From Chlorokybus atmophyticus (Eukaryota; Plantae; Mesostigma and Chlorokybus algae), in NCBI GenBank assembly GCA_009103225.1, contig RHPI01000585.1, positions 186,001 to 249,330 on the forward strand: 63,330 nucleotides of DNA, given 5' to 3'. Shown one piece after another: positions 36,553-49,965 of this stretch. The notes under the pieces are model-generated. The model made no database searches. It had not been told where the DNA came from and saw only the letters and a list, made by a program, of their open reading frames with translations. Each line of letters opens with the position of its first letter. Positions within the stretch are counted from its first letter, which is position 1. A program made the position numbers and the translations under genes.

Positions 36553-39500
36553 CTACGCCTTACCCGACGACCCAAACAGTCTCATCTTCGCCGCAACAAC
36601 CTCCGCCATCGCTTCCACCATCCCACCCAACACACCCACAAGCTCCCCATCCCCACCCCCACCCAACTCCTTCTTCATCCTCTCCACACCCGCCTTGCGC
36701 ACCTCCGTGTTCACATTGAACTTGCACACGCCCGCCTCGATGCACTGTCGGATTACTCCTTCGTCCAGGCCGGAAGCGCCGTGGAGAACTAGGAGGGAAG
36801 GCGTGCATGCGGCGCGGAGGTCGCGCAAGCGGGAGAGGTTTATGTTGGGGCCGGAAGGAGGGTAGGCGCCGTGCACGTTGCCGACGCACACGGCGAGGAG
36901 GGGGATGCCAGTTTCGGATATGAAACGGCGGGCCTCTTCGACACCCGTCATCTTGGCCTCCAACCTGGTTATCCATAAGATTATTGTGTGTCTCTCTGTG
37001 TGTGTAGACGTGCGCGCATGTGTGCACATGAATGTGGGTGTGCGCACGCGCATGTGTGCATGCGCTTACGCATGCCTGTGCGTGCCCATATGTCAAGAGA
37101 TACGCATCCAACAACATCTCTTACTCTTCCACTGCGATGCCATCCTCCCTGCCGGCAATGCGACCGAGTTCTGCTTCGACGGCAACGTTATGTTCTCGCG
37201 CAACGGCTGCCACCCTCTTTGTGGTTGCGACATTGTCACCAAAGTCGCTCGCACTTGCGTCGATCATCACGGACGAGTAGCAGCCGCTCTCGATGGCGTC
37301 CAACACCAGCGCCTCGTCTTGAACACACATAAAATGAGGTTACAACTACCACATACATTGTTCACTCAACCACGCGCAACCTAGGTTGACTAGGTACACG
37401 TGCACGTGAGCGCGCGCGTGCACACACATGCACACAGACACGCCCACGCCCACATGCAACGCACGCATGCAATACATCACAAAAAGAGAGCTGCAGCAAC
37501 ACACATAATATACAACTCCGTTCAACAAGTGCTCACCTGTGGCGTGGTCGAGGTGGAGTGAGACGGGCGCGCTGGCGTGTTGGACGGCGTGAGCGGCGGC
37601 GCGCACGAGGGCATCCCCTCCGTGCTTCAACGCCGCAGGATGCAGCTGCACAATCGCAGGAGACCTCTCTGCCTCCGCCGCCTACAACCCAACAACACGT
37701 GTAGATGTCAACACCATATCAACAACAAGTAATCCAACTGCCTCTCACCTTGATCACGGCCAGCACGCCCTCGAGGTTGTACACGTTGAACGCGCCAACA
37801 GCATATCTCCCCGCATTGGCTTCAGTGAGAACGTCCAATGTGGATGCGCGAGGCGAGGCGGCCCAGGCCTCGACAACGTCCGCCAGTGCATCCACCTGGC
37901 CAACAACAAGAGAGAAAAGTGTGTCCACGTGCGAGTGTGCATACGTGCGTGCGTGCGTGCCTGTGCGCACGTGTGCCTGTGTAAGCATGTCGTACCGAGC
38001 CAACATTGCCTGGAAAGACAACGTAAGGCACACCCGGCAGGCGTGCGCTCTCGCAGGCGGGAACCCACACGGGCACGCCTGGCGCAGCCTGGCAAACAAT
38101 AAGCCACACAACGTCGCATAAGAATTGTCACCAGACAAGCAAGAGTGTTCTCTGCTCACACAACAACCAACCTGCCCAGCGATGATAGCGCGCGTAATGC
38201 CCAACGCCTTTGTGGCCACGTCCGAGCTCGTGATCCCGCCTTTGGCAAGCACATACCTCGGCTTCACCTGCACACCAAACAACAATGAAGTGCTGCTTTC
38301 CACACAACATGCTGTGAGCATACAACACACATGCACACTACCTTGACGCTTGCGGCCGCGCGCACGAGGCCTGCGCTGACCCTCGCCGCGATCGCGAGGC
38401 TCTCGTGCCCGTCTTTGCCCAACACGAGCTCCCGCGATGTCATTAGCAACACGTCCCTACCCTGAACACAACACACCCACTCTATTATGATAGGACTGTC
38501 ACAACAACAACACAACATCACAACTACACAACGATGCTCGCCTCGCGTATGGCCCGGTCGGCTTGCGCGGCTGCGCGGGCCGTTTCGGCATGCGATATTG
38601 CCTCATCGGTAGAGCTCAGCTTTGTTGCACTCAACTCGATCCTTTCCAACTGGTCCGGACTCCTAACATGTTGGGTATCCCACATCAACATCAACACCAA
38701 CCGAACATAAAGAGATGTCCCTCACACTTGCCTGCGAGTAAGGAGTGCATTGAGTTGAGCTGTCGTTTTCGGTACGTGCGAGCCGCACACGAGAAGGGCA
38801 CCACGCCGCGATGATGATGTTGTCGATGATGTTGTTGATGTTGCCTCCTTGAGCACTTCACTCAGCGTCAACGGCGCCCTCGCCTCCACGCCCATGCGCG
38901 CAGACACAAAGCTCGCCGCCGTGCGACACAACACCCGCCTCCCCCTCTCCTCTGCCACCAACAACACCACCATCAACCCCAACCCCAACAACACCGACAC
39001 CAACACCCCAACCACACCCCCACTCACCCGCTCTCAGCACCGCCGCCGCAATCACCACCGCATCCGCATCACTGACCGCATTCGCCACGGCCGTCGTCCC
39101 CGACCTCATCCCCATCAGCTTCTCGCACACGGCTTCGGGTCCGCCCACGCGGACGTCTTGTATGGAGATGGACGTGACGGAGGAGGCGGGGAGGCGACCG
39201 GAGGACTTCTCGGCTATGTAGGACTTGAGGTCGGAGGAGATGTAGCAGAAGGTGGGGTCGCGAGCGAACTCCGTCTCGCCGGCGGGGACCTACGGACACA
39301 CAAGTCAGTCTGAGCTGAACAACGTGTGTGCGCACATGCATGAGATCACACTGTACGAGTCCGTGCGCGTGTACACGCACGCATCCAGGTATGCGCGCGC
39401 GCGCACACGCATGCGCGTACGTGCGCACGTACGTGTGCCTGCTTCACACCCACACAACCTCATCTCTCACCAGTGTGTCTCCATCCGCAACATAGTGCAC

Positions 39501-42500
39501 ATCCTCCACCGTCACCCTGCCCCCCGCCCGGAAGAACGGGCACAGCAGCCACACGGGCTCTTCACCACCACCCTCACTCCCACCCCGCATGGCCTCCGCC
39601 GCGGCCTCCATCTCGCCAGGGAAGTGGCCACGAAGGGTGCTGTCCCCGCGCAGGACAACCGTGTAGGGGCGACCGGACGCGCGGGCGGAAGCCTGTGTGG
39701 GGATGTGGGTNNNNNNGGGGGGGGGGGGGGGGGAGGTTGCGGGTGGGAAGAGATTGGTGAGTCACCTTGGCGAGGTTGGCGCAGATCTCTTTGACGAGGG
39801 AGGCTGCAGCGTCAGGGGCGAGGGCGCGCGTGTTGGTCAACACGAAGAAGCCTGCAAGAGGTTGGCAAGTTATCATGCGTGGTGCGCATGTAGCAATGCA
39901 TTGTGCGCACAGGTGCACGCGCATGCACAAGCAAACATGCATACATACGCAGACAATGTGGAATGGTGTACGATGGCATTGCAAACTCCTACTCAAATAC
40001 AATGATCCAATGAAACAATATGTATGTTCATGCCTGGTGTGTCGGACTCGAGCTCGTGCGTCAACGCCTCCACCGACCACTCCGTCAACACCACAATCCC
40101 ATGGACCGTTTGCGTCCCTGTGGGATCATCATCCTGCACACATGCACACTTTGATAACACCACCCACTGTATGCGCTCACACACGCACACGCGCACACGC
40201 ACAGGCACACGCATCTCCCTACCAGCGCCACGAGTGCGGGTGCCTTCTTCTCGTGGATTGCGCTCTGAATCTCTTTGGTCAGCGCGGCCGCGTCGGCGTG
40301 CTCGGCGGGCAGACGGGCGAGCGTGTCGGAAAGACTTAAAGGCGGATGGGAGGGGGAGGGTTGGGTGGAGGAGGAGGAGGAGGAGGGTGGGGCTGCCACG
40401 GACACGCCGGATATCTTCTCAAACACCTGTGGACAACAGGGCGTGTGCGTTGGCGCGAAGCAAGCATGCATGTGCTCACGCGTGTGCGCATGTGCGCGCA
40501 TGCACGTGTGCGTGTGTGTTTATAGTTACTGTGGCGCATGCACAAACACACACACACACACCTGCGCACCTGCATGTGTGTTGATGATTACCGTGGCGCG
40601 TGTACACACACACATTCGCACACATGTGCACGCATGTGCGCATGTGGTTTGTGCACGAGGGCATGTGAGCATTCGTGTGTGCGTGCACGTTGGTGGCTGT
40701 TTAAAAACAACACCCCACCTTCACTAGTGCCGAGTCATCCATCCTCCCCATCCCCATCGCCGCCCCCATCACAAACTGCTGGTGCGCCATCGCGGCGATC
40801 GGCGTCGGCATCTTCAACTCTTTGCCCCCCTCCAGCACGATGCCCAGGTCCTTGACGAAGATGTCCAGCGCCGACTTGGGGGGAGTGAAGGAGGAGGAGA
40901 GCATGCGGGGGACGCGGTCGGAAAACATCCAACTGTTGCCCGCGGCGCCGGAGATGACGTCGAACAGGGCGCGGGTGTCGAGGCCTAAGGAGGAGGTGGC
41001 GATGATCAGTTTCATGTGAGAGTATGCAGACGGGCGTGCAAGTGCAAAGTGTTGCGTGCGCACGTACGGGCTGCGGGCGTGCGTGTGTGGACACGAGTGT
41101 GAGGGTGTGCGCACATGCAGGCATGCAAGTGTTCTGGCGCAACCGTGCGCACGCGCGTGCAGGCATGCATTGCACATACACGCGGAAGCATGCATGCGCG
41201 TGTGTGCGAGTGCGTACGCATGCGTCTGCATGCGTGTATGCGACGTGCGCGCGTACACACGTGCACGCACATGCATGTATCCACATCCAACCCACCTGCC
41301 CTTGCCCCCAGTGCCATCGCTTCCGCCGCCGCCGCGATATGCACTCCCGCCAGCAGCTGATTCACCATTTTCACGCTCGAACCCGCCCCCGCTCCGCCCG
41401 TCACGATATGCAGATTGGCACTCATCGCATGCAACACGCCCTCCGCGGCAGACAGCGCGGACTCGCTACCGGCGGCCATGATGGTCAAGTCACCCGAACG
41501 TGCGCGGAGGGTGCCGCCGGACACGGGGGCGTCCACGAAGAGGAGACCCTGGGGGTGGGTGNCCAGGTTTTACTCAGGATGTGTTGCATGTATGAATACA
41601 TGCATGAGTCGATTACTTGATACACGAGTGCATGGAACCGCACGCACGTATGCGTGCCTGCACATCACGCGTGCATGCTAGCGCGCGCGTGTGCATGCAT
41701 GTGCATATGGTCAAGTCGCTTGCACTGTGCAAGGAAGTAGCAGTGATACCACATTGACGTCAAAGCATGCGCGAGAAAGAGACTCGGCATGTGGTTGCGC
41801 TGTTGTGCACGTGAGCGCATGTGTACATGCGCTCACGCACGTGTTGCTCGAGGCGTGTGCCCAGTGCGCGCGCAGCTGCGGGTGGGACAGTCGAGCAAAG
41901 GATGACCACAGAGCCTTGCGCGAGTGTGGTCGTGGCAGCTTGGTCGCCATCAAACAACACGCTGTCGGCCTGGACAGACGAGTTATGTTGGCTGCATACA
42001 CATACACTACAGACTGGTGTGATGCAAGAGCATACACACCTGCGAACTGTTGATGACCATCACGACCAGTGCAAACGCCCCCTTGCATGCGGCAGCTGGG
42101 CTGTCGGCGGCCTCACCGCCCGTCTCAGCAACAAACTTCTCCACCGATGGGGGATAGACCTAAATGCATGCGCACAAAACTTGAGCGACAACACACAATT
42201 ACACTCACAGCCAGAAAACAGCCACACACACTCACACGCACGCACACGTACACGCACACAAACAGCAATGCATTGCATCAAGCAGAAAGGTCACCTTGTT
42301 TCACCAAAATGCAGGAGTTTGAGACGTGCATGCTTGTGGTAACCATGACAGCATGCACGAGCTCTTTGAGTTTAAAGCTTGCTCACGTCGTATCCGACGA
42401 CGTGGAATCCGCCCTTGACGGCGAGCGCCTGGGCCATGCCGCTCCCCATGGCGCCAAGACCCACAAACGCCACGCGGCGATTCATCTTGGAATCCGACAT
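36553..42500 (-). CDS. Multidomain enzyme: beta-hydroxyacid (HIBADH/6PGD-family) dehydrogenase + DUF1537 four-carbon acid-sugar kinase + class II ketose-bisphosphate aldolase (At1g18270-like); ~15 exons
   Basis: VAFVGLGAMGSGMA, VDAPVSGG, GAGSSVKMVNQLL, SGAAGNSWMF...SALDIFVKDLGIV; LDDDPTGTQTVH, FFVLTNTRAL, YVLAKGGITSSDVAT, PYVVFPGNVG; AVGAFNVYNLE, VSLHLDH, VEAELGRIAG, VGNVHG, LVLHGASG, KFNVNTE. Confidence 0.93.
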
Positions 42501-42803
42501 GGCTCTAGAGGATGGTTGTAACTGTTGTCAAATTACCATACAGGGCGGTGTAGAACACAGACACCGCCGCCAAGGAGGACGCCGACGCCGCCTACACCAA
42601 CACTGTGGGTGATCGCACATCTTATATCAAGCCTTGTCTCAGGGTGGGACTGCATGTAAGCATACTGTGCGCAAAAAGATAACGGACTGGGTATAGGAAT
42701 AGGACTAGCGCTCAACCAAGCTTGGTATAGGAATAGGGTTAGGGCTTTCATCCACGTGGCAGTCGGCAAGGAGAAGGACGCGGCGGCGGCGGCTGCGCCT
42801 GCG

Positions 42804-45800
42804 ATGGCGCACGGGCCGCTCAGCCAGGATGCCATGGGGGTAGGGGGCGATGCCTACAGGTTCCTGGAGTTTACTCAGGGTGACGACGGCGATGACGACT
42901 TCTCCCTCCTCCCGGAGGTGCCGGCCCGGGCTGGACAGGCGGCGGCGGCAGAGGCGTCTCAGGCGAGCAGCAGCGGTGGCATGCGGGATGCCGTCGACAC
43001 TGTGAGCGCCGACCTCGCCGGGATGACGTTCACGGAGGATGGCGCTGCTGCCGGCACTAGCAGCAGGGCGGCAGGGGATGAGGCGGCCTCTAGCAGTGCC
43101 GCCGCCGCCTTTGGGACGGGGCAGGAGGGTGCTATGGAGGAGGTTCTAGAAGGGAGCAAAGAGGAAGCCTGCCGGTATTGCGGCATACACAATCCTGCCT
43201 GCGTTGTGCGGTGCAGTCACCCCTCCTGCAAGAAGTGGTTCTGCAACTCCAGGGGCACCACGTCCTCATCGCACATAGTTTCCCACCTGGTGCGTAGCAG
43301 TTTGTACTCTTTGCGGCAAGCGTTGGACAGTTCACACCTTCATGACAACCAACGTGCGTTTGCATGCTCGTGCATGTAACTGCTGTAGCACAATTGGCCT
43401 TTATGGATACTCCAGTTTTCATGGTTGCTTTCAGTGGATACCTGGGTTACGTGCAGCTATACACCTGGTTGTGTTTGTTGTTGTTGCCGTCTCTACATTC
43501 GTAATCGTACACAATCAGTGACAATTGTACATGGTCATTGTCGTTGTCGTTCTCATACACTAGCACTTCCGCAGATGATGGTGTCTTTTGTTGCAGTATT
43601 GCAGTATTGGGTGTAGCAACCGATATTTATGGGTTATATTGGAATGCGCCTACGATCACGTAGATGATTTTGTTCAATCGGCTTGATCGCAGAGTTGATC
43701 CTCCGCATTCCTTCTGATCTGTTATTCTCGTTCATATACTGTGATACGATCACATAGATGATATGATTGATCAATAGGCTTGATTGCAGAGTTGATCCTC
43801 TATAGGCCTTCTGATCTGTTATTGTGGTTTATACGCTTTGTGGTCGAGTGTGCCTGCAACAAGCTGTACTCTTTGTTTTGAGACAAAGTGAGGCGCTGTG
43901 CCGAAAGATCATGTGCCACTATGTGCGTGCAACAACACATATACTTTGCTGTTGTGGGTGTTTGTAGGTGAGAGCCAAGCACAAGGAGGTGATGTTGCAT
44001 AAAGACAGTCCGCTGGGCGAGACGATGTTGGAGTGTTACAATTGCGGCTGCCGCAACGTGTTTCTCTTGGGCTTCATCCCAGCAAAGACAGAGTCCGTCG
44101 TGGTTCTGCTCTGCAGAGAGCCTTGCCTGAGCGTCAACAGCCTCAAAGACATGAACTGGGACCTGTCGCAGTGGACACCCCTATTTGATGATAGGTCATT
44201 CCTGCCTTGGCTTGTAAAGGTGCCATCCGAACAGGAACAACTGCGCGCTCGACAGGTGATGTGTCGTGTGCTGTCATGAGCCTCACGAAGAGAGGGTGGT
44301 TTTGGTTTGATGTGGTTTGGTTGACTTTTGCATTGTTTCTGTTCAGATTCTCTAGTTTGGGCAAACATGTAGTGCGGTGTGTTGTGCAGATCAGTGCACA
44401 GCAAATAAACAGAATAGAGGAGTTGTGGAAAGCCAATCCGGAGGCTACGTTGGAGGACTTGGAGAAGCCTGGCGTGGATGAGGAGCCACAGCCGGTGGCG
44501 TTGCGGTACGAGGACGCGTATCAGGTACAGCATTGTAGCTACAAGTTTGCTGAGAGCTATACATCATATGGCTATATTGTGTACCAACAACTACCTTTTT
44601 TGTGTACAGTATCAAAATGTCTTCGGCCCGCTTGTTAAGCTTGAGGCGGACTATGATAAGGTATGTTACAACCTGTCGCAGTCGTCCTTATCTTTTGATG
44701 AGTTGAACATTTTGCTGCTAGTGTTTCCTCGTGTTGTTGCTGTTCGTGTGCATGTCTGATGCTGTTGTCCTTGATCAGGTGATGAAAGAAGCACAGACCA
44801 AGGAAGGTATCACTGTGCGATGGGATGTAGGCCTCAACAAAAAGCGGCTAGCTTACTTCCTGTTTCCCAAGGTATTGTTGCTGCTAACAGAGCTACTGGG
44901 CTTGTGCATATCTGGCTGAATCCCATGTGGCCTCATAATGCATCCTTTGCTTGCAGGAGGACAACGAAATACGCTTAGTGCCTGGTGATGAGCTGAGGCT
45001 GCGCCATCCAGGCTCAAACTGGCAATGTGTTGGCCATGTGGTGAGTTTGTCACTTTGCAGCAGTGCTGTGAGTTGTAACATAGCATCATTGTGTGGTATC
45101 TGCTTGATGGCCAACACTTGGGCCTGTGCTCAGGTCAAGCTCACGCCAAACGAAGAGGTTGCACTGGAGTTGCGCAGCAACGCCGGTGCGCCCGTGGAGT
45201 CTACCTTCGGCTATGCTATCGATTTCGTCTGGAAGAGCACCAGCTTCGACCGTATGCAGATGGCGATGAAGACTCTGGCTGTGGACGAGACCTCCGTCAG
45301 CGGGTACTTGTACCACAGGTTGTTGGGTCATGAGGTGGAAGGTGCTGCACGTGGAGGCATGGCGGGGCCAACTCAAAAGAAGCTTTCAGCTCCGGGATTG
45401 CCTGAGCTCAACCCTCCGCAGGCTTACGCTGTGCGAACGGTGCTCTCCCGCCCTCTTAGCCTTATTCAAGGCCCCCCCGGCACGGGCAAGACTGTCACAT
45501 CCGCCACCGTTGTGTGGCACCTCGCACGTCAAGGCCAGGGACAAGTGCTCGTGTGCGCCCCGAGCAACATCGCTGTTGATCAGCTGGCAGAGAAGATTGC
45601 TGCAACCGGCCTGCGGGTTGTGCGTCTCTGCGCCAAGTCCCGCGAAGCTGTGGCTTCACCCGTTCAACACTTGACGCTACATTATGCTGTCAAGCATGTG
45701 GACACCAGCCCTGAGCTTCGCAAGCTGCAGCAGTTGAAGGACGAGTTGGGCGAGCTTTCAGGCACGGACGAGAAGCGATACAAAGCGTTGAAGAGGGCCT

Positions 45801-47722
45801 CTGAGCGTGAAGTTGCACAAGGCGCGGATGTCATCTGCACCACGTGCGTTGGTGCTGGCGATCCTCGGCTCGCCAATTTGAAGTTCAAACAGGTGCTGAT
45901 CGACGAGTCCACACAAGCCACAGAGCCCGAGTGCTTGATCCCGCTGGTCATGGGCGCGAAGCACGTCGTGTTGGTCGGCGACCATTGCCAGCTGGGCCCG
46001 GTTGTCATGTGCAAGAAAGCCGCGCGTGCGGGCCTTGCACAGTCCCTCTTTGAGAGGCTGGTGCTGTTGGGTGTGCGGCCCGTGCGTCTGCAGCTGCAGT
46101 ACCGCATGCATCCTTGCTTGTCACAGTTCCCGTCCGACGCTTACTATGAAGGCACGCTGCAGAATGGCGTGGCCGCAGCTGATCGCCTTCAGCCCGGCCT
46201 GGACTTCCCTTGGCCTGCACCTCATCGGCCGATGATGTTTCACGTGCAGCTTGGCCAGGAGGAGATGAGCGCCAGCGGGACATCCTTCCTGAACAGGACA
46301 GAAGCTGCGGCTGTGGAGAAGGCCGTGACAACATTCCTGCGTGCGGGTGTCCTTCCCGCGCAAATTGGTGTGATCACGCCGTACGAGGGTCAGCGTGCCC
46401 ACATCGTCACGCACATGACACGGCACGGCCCGTTGCGACAGCAGCTATACCGCGACATTGAGGTGGCGTCTGTTGACTCGTTTCAGGGCAGGGAGAAGGA
46501 CTACATCATTCTCTCATGTGTGCGGTCCAATGATCGTCACGGCATCGGGTTTTTGTCCGACCCTCGCAGGTTGAATGTGGCGCTCACGCGCGCTCGCTAT
46601 GGCCTTGTCATCTTTGGGAACCCGAAAGCGCTGTCCAAGCATCCCATCTGGCATGCTCTGCTGGTTCATTTCAAGGCCAATGAGTGCTTGGTGGAGGGAC
46701 CGCTGAACAACCTCAAGCAAAGCATGGTGCAGTTCCAGAAGCCCAACCGCCTGCCGGTCGACCAGCAGGTCAGTGATGGTGTTTAAGGCAACAGTTAGCA
46801 TATTTACCATGTCAGTTTCAGTACAACTCTTGAAGCGTGTTGTAGTGACACTTGAAGCCAAGATCTGATGATGTGGGCAACTTATGTGCAGGGCCGCTTT
46901 ATGTCCAATGGAAGTGCATTCGTTCCCGTGCCGACAGCCAATGCGGCAGCTGGCCCGCAGGCAGACCGGCAGCGCAGCGGCGGTCGTGGTCGCGCGCCCG
47001 ATGGTCGCGGCGGCGGTATGCTGCCCGTGAACCCGTACCCGCCACCAAAAGGACGCGGCACGCCTCCAATACCCCCTCATCGCATCCCATCGCCAGCGTT
47101 CCCGCCCGCACACCCGTACGCCATCCCCGCGCGCAGCGACACCCCACCCGTCCCGCAGGGCCCGCACTATGCCAGGCCGGGCTTTGGGGCCGGACGCGGC
47201 TCACGCAAGCAACACCAACAGAAGCAGCCGATCGGAGCGGATGTGGCTTCGCCCGCGGGACCGATGACGCAATCGAGCACATTCACGCAGCCCATGATGC
47301 CGGCCACCCAAGCGGGGCTCAGCCAGGCGGGAAGTCTCTCCGACCGGTTCCCCATGTCCCAGGACACGTTCATGATGACGGACGAGTTCAGGAGTCAGAG
47401 CCTCTATGCTTCGCAGGCGAACGATGCGCCGGGCCTGCCGGGAGACTTCACCGCGTTCGGCCAAGGCATGGACTTCATGACTCAGGCCATCACGCAGGGT
47501 GGGGGTTACCCGGGAGGGGAGCTTCCCGCCTCGCAGGACTTTGCTTCCACTCAAGGGGGCTTCATGGACCCGTCCCAAGACAGCATGCACAACTTTTACA
47601 CGCAAGCAAGCTTCATGCAGCCGTACACAACGTTCCAGCCTCAGCAGCAGCTGCCGCCGCAACAGGCGGTCCAGCAGCCCATGTCGCAGAAGCAAGACCC
47701 TGACCAGAGGTTCTACTACTAG
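42804..47722 (+). CDS. UPF1: UPF1 / regulator of nonsense transcripts 1 (SF1 RNA helicase); ~9 exons
   Basis: CH domain ([16 protein letters not shown]...[24 protein letters not shown]), [52 protein letters not shown]-rich C-terminus. Confidence 0.97.
43651..43823. repeat. Degenerate tandem duplication (~95-bp period, GATC-rich) in UPF1 intron 1
   Basis: Two copies of TACGATCAC.TAGATGAT...GGCTTGAT.GCAGAGTTGATCCTC...CCTTCTGATCTGTTATT at ~43651 and ~43745. Confidence 0.85.
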
Positions 47723-49816
47723 ATGTCCATGACATGACTGCTGTTGTGGTGTGGAAGCACGCGGTGCCTACACATACTTGTAGAAAAAGACACGGTGTTG
47801 GTGCTTGGCGCTGTGGCCTGTACTGCGCATTGCATCGCTGATGCACCAGCATCAAGCCCACCAAAGGGGGGTGCTGCCTGGCTCGTGTGAAGGGCTATCC
47901 ATGTTTACTTCTGAGACGGCACCCAAGCTGGACGCAATCTGGCCGTGGCAGAGCTTATACGGAGTAGAACTCTACCACGAGAGCTGTTGGCCATCATGCC
48001 ACTTGATTGCAATCTGCGGCAGATGACTTGTGATTGATACAATGAGCGATATCAAATGCGGCAGCAATCCGCGCACAAGCTGGCCGTCTGGAATCATGTG
48101 CTGCTGCTGGCGGTGTGTGCAAGTCAGAGTACTCAGCTCAGCGCTGTGACGCGCTTGCCAGCTACACGCAGCAACAGCACACTCGGTGCCTTGCCCACAA
48201 AGCACATCTCAGCTACGCATGCCATGCTCTTCCAAACGGTTGGATCCTGCTGCGGATGCAGTACGTGGAGCAAGTAGATGTCAACATGATGAGCATGTTG
48301 ACAGCTTGTACCTTCGTGATTGAGTGGTTTGTTAGATTATCAACCCATGGTGCATGTGTGACTGCTCGCAAGCATGTTTGAGAGGCATGTCCTATAAATA
48401 TCATCTCCTTGAGTTGACTAGTTCACATAGATTATGTATTCAGTCAAGGCAAGTTGCGTGGGTTGAGCATCGAAATGTGATTGAAGCATGAGTATTTCGC
48501 ACTACATTAGAGTGTGCATTGCTTCCAATCTTTGCTGTTTATCTCTAATGAGCATGTTGGAAAAACTGCCGTTGCCGTTGCTGGCGATGTATGCCCAAGT
48601 TGGAAGCGTAGGATAAGCTACATGTTGTTATTTGTGTGTCTAGCTAAATGAAATCCTGCATATCTATTGCAGAATGTGGTTGCTGTACAAAGTTTTCTTA
48701 TTGCTTCATTGCTTAGCACAATAGATAACAATGATGTGCTCAACCTCACGCGGAGCATGTGCCGTGCCTTACGCGAGCATGCTGATACTTACCACGATGG
48801 TAAGCACATCATTGTTGCTATTATGCTGGACTATAGATGCGCAATGTTAACCCTTCTTAAAGCAATTGCAATTGGATGGGAATGCAGCATTGTAATTTTG
48901 CAAATGGTGCAACCAACACGTGGTTCTGCTACGCCATACGCAACATTTACTTGCAAACCCGCAAGCAAATTTGCATTGCAACGCTGTACACTATACTTAC
49001 TTACGCGCTCAATGGTCAATTCTTGTGGCTCGGGGCCTAGCGCGCATTCGATATATGCAATTTTCAATTAAGTAGTAAACAACGGTACCTGGGCTTCACG
49101 TCTGTTTTGCACCAAGCACAGCTGATACCCCTGAAAATGATTGAATGAGTTGAAATGGTTTGAAGACCTTTCCAACTGTACCGCCAAAATCTCCCTTAAG
49201 TATATTTAAAACCAATATGTGGTCAACGACATGTTACTATCAGCTGCAAGCTCGATACCCTCTGCCCCAACTCATATGCACATTTCAAACTGACTACCTT
49301 GCAAACGCCGTATAAAACCATTCATATAACACGGAGGTACATGTCATGCCAGCGGCTGCATTTCTTTCATGTCTTGTCCTTCATAGCTTCGACATTGTGC
49401 TTTTTTCCCTTTTTTGAACAAAACCTGTAAACACTTGAATACAAGATTTGCAACAATATGTTGATTTAGCGCATTATGTGCACAACTTGCTAGTGTGCAA
49501 TATGGCATGCGCACGACGATGCGGCAGAACGCCGTTCGGTTACAGCCGGGCTGTGTGTGATGAGCTTGTGCAAACTATTGCCATTCATGATACTCAAACC
49601 AACGAGAAACATAGCTGAAGGTGAGGTTTTGTTCGCAAGGATCGCTGCAACTTGTAGCGTTCGCAAGTTGCAGCAACGTCGCATAAATGTTTCCCCTGCC
49701 GGCCGATGAAATACTAGTAACGGCCGTGCACCTGAGGATACTCATTTGGTCTGTCGTGGCTCAATCCACCTGTAATCTCGATATATAGACATGAGTATAA
49801 CGGCCGTTTACATAAA

Positions 49817-49965
49817 GGGACTGACCCAGATGGACAGGTACCTGTTAGGTACTTATCAATCAAGGAAAAGGGACTTGATCTAACCAATTGGTACCTGTAA
49901 GATACCTATCATTCAAGCAAGGGTGACTTAGCCTAACTAACAGGTATCTGTCCGGTACTTATCAG
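49817..49965. repeat. Three degenerate ~52-53 bp tandem repeats (GGGACT...GGTACCTGT...GGTACTTATCA)
   Basis: Units start at ~49817, ~49870 and ~49921. Confidence 0.75.

Noticed and set aside
5836-42350. Numerous ORFs rich in C/V/H/T/A/R (e.g. VCVCVC, HTHTHT, ERERER)
   Set aside because: Translations of intronic dinucleotide and RY repeats, not proteins.
46852-47703. Second 283-aa plus-strand ORF overlapping the last UPF1 exon
   Set aside because: GC-rich alternative frame without features; the S/TQ-rich frame is the one that splices in phase with UPF1.
48667-49071. 134-aa ORF in the AT-richer intergenic region
   Set aside because: Non-ATG start, no recognisable motif, codon usage unlike host genes.
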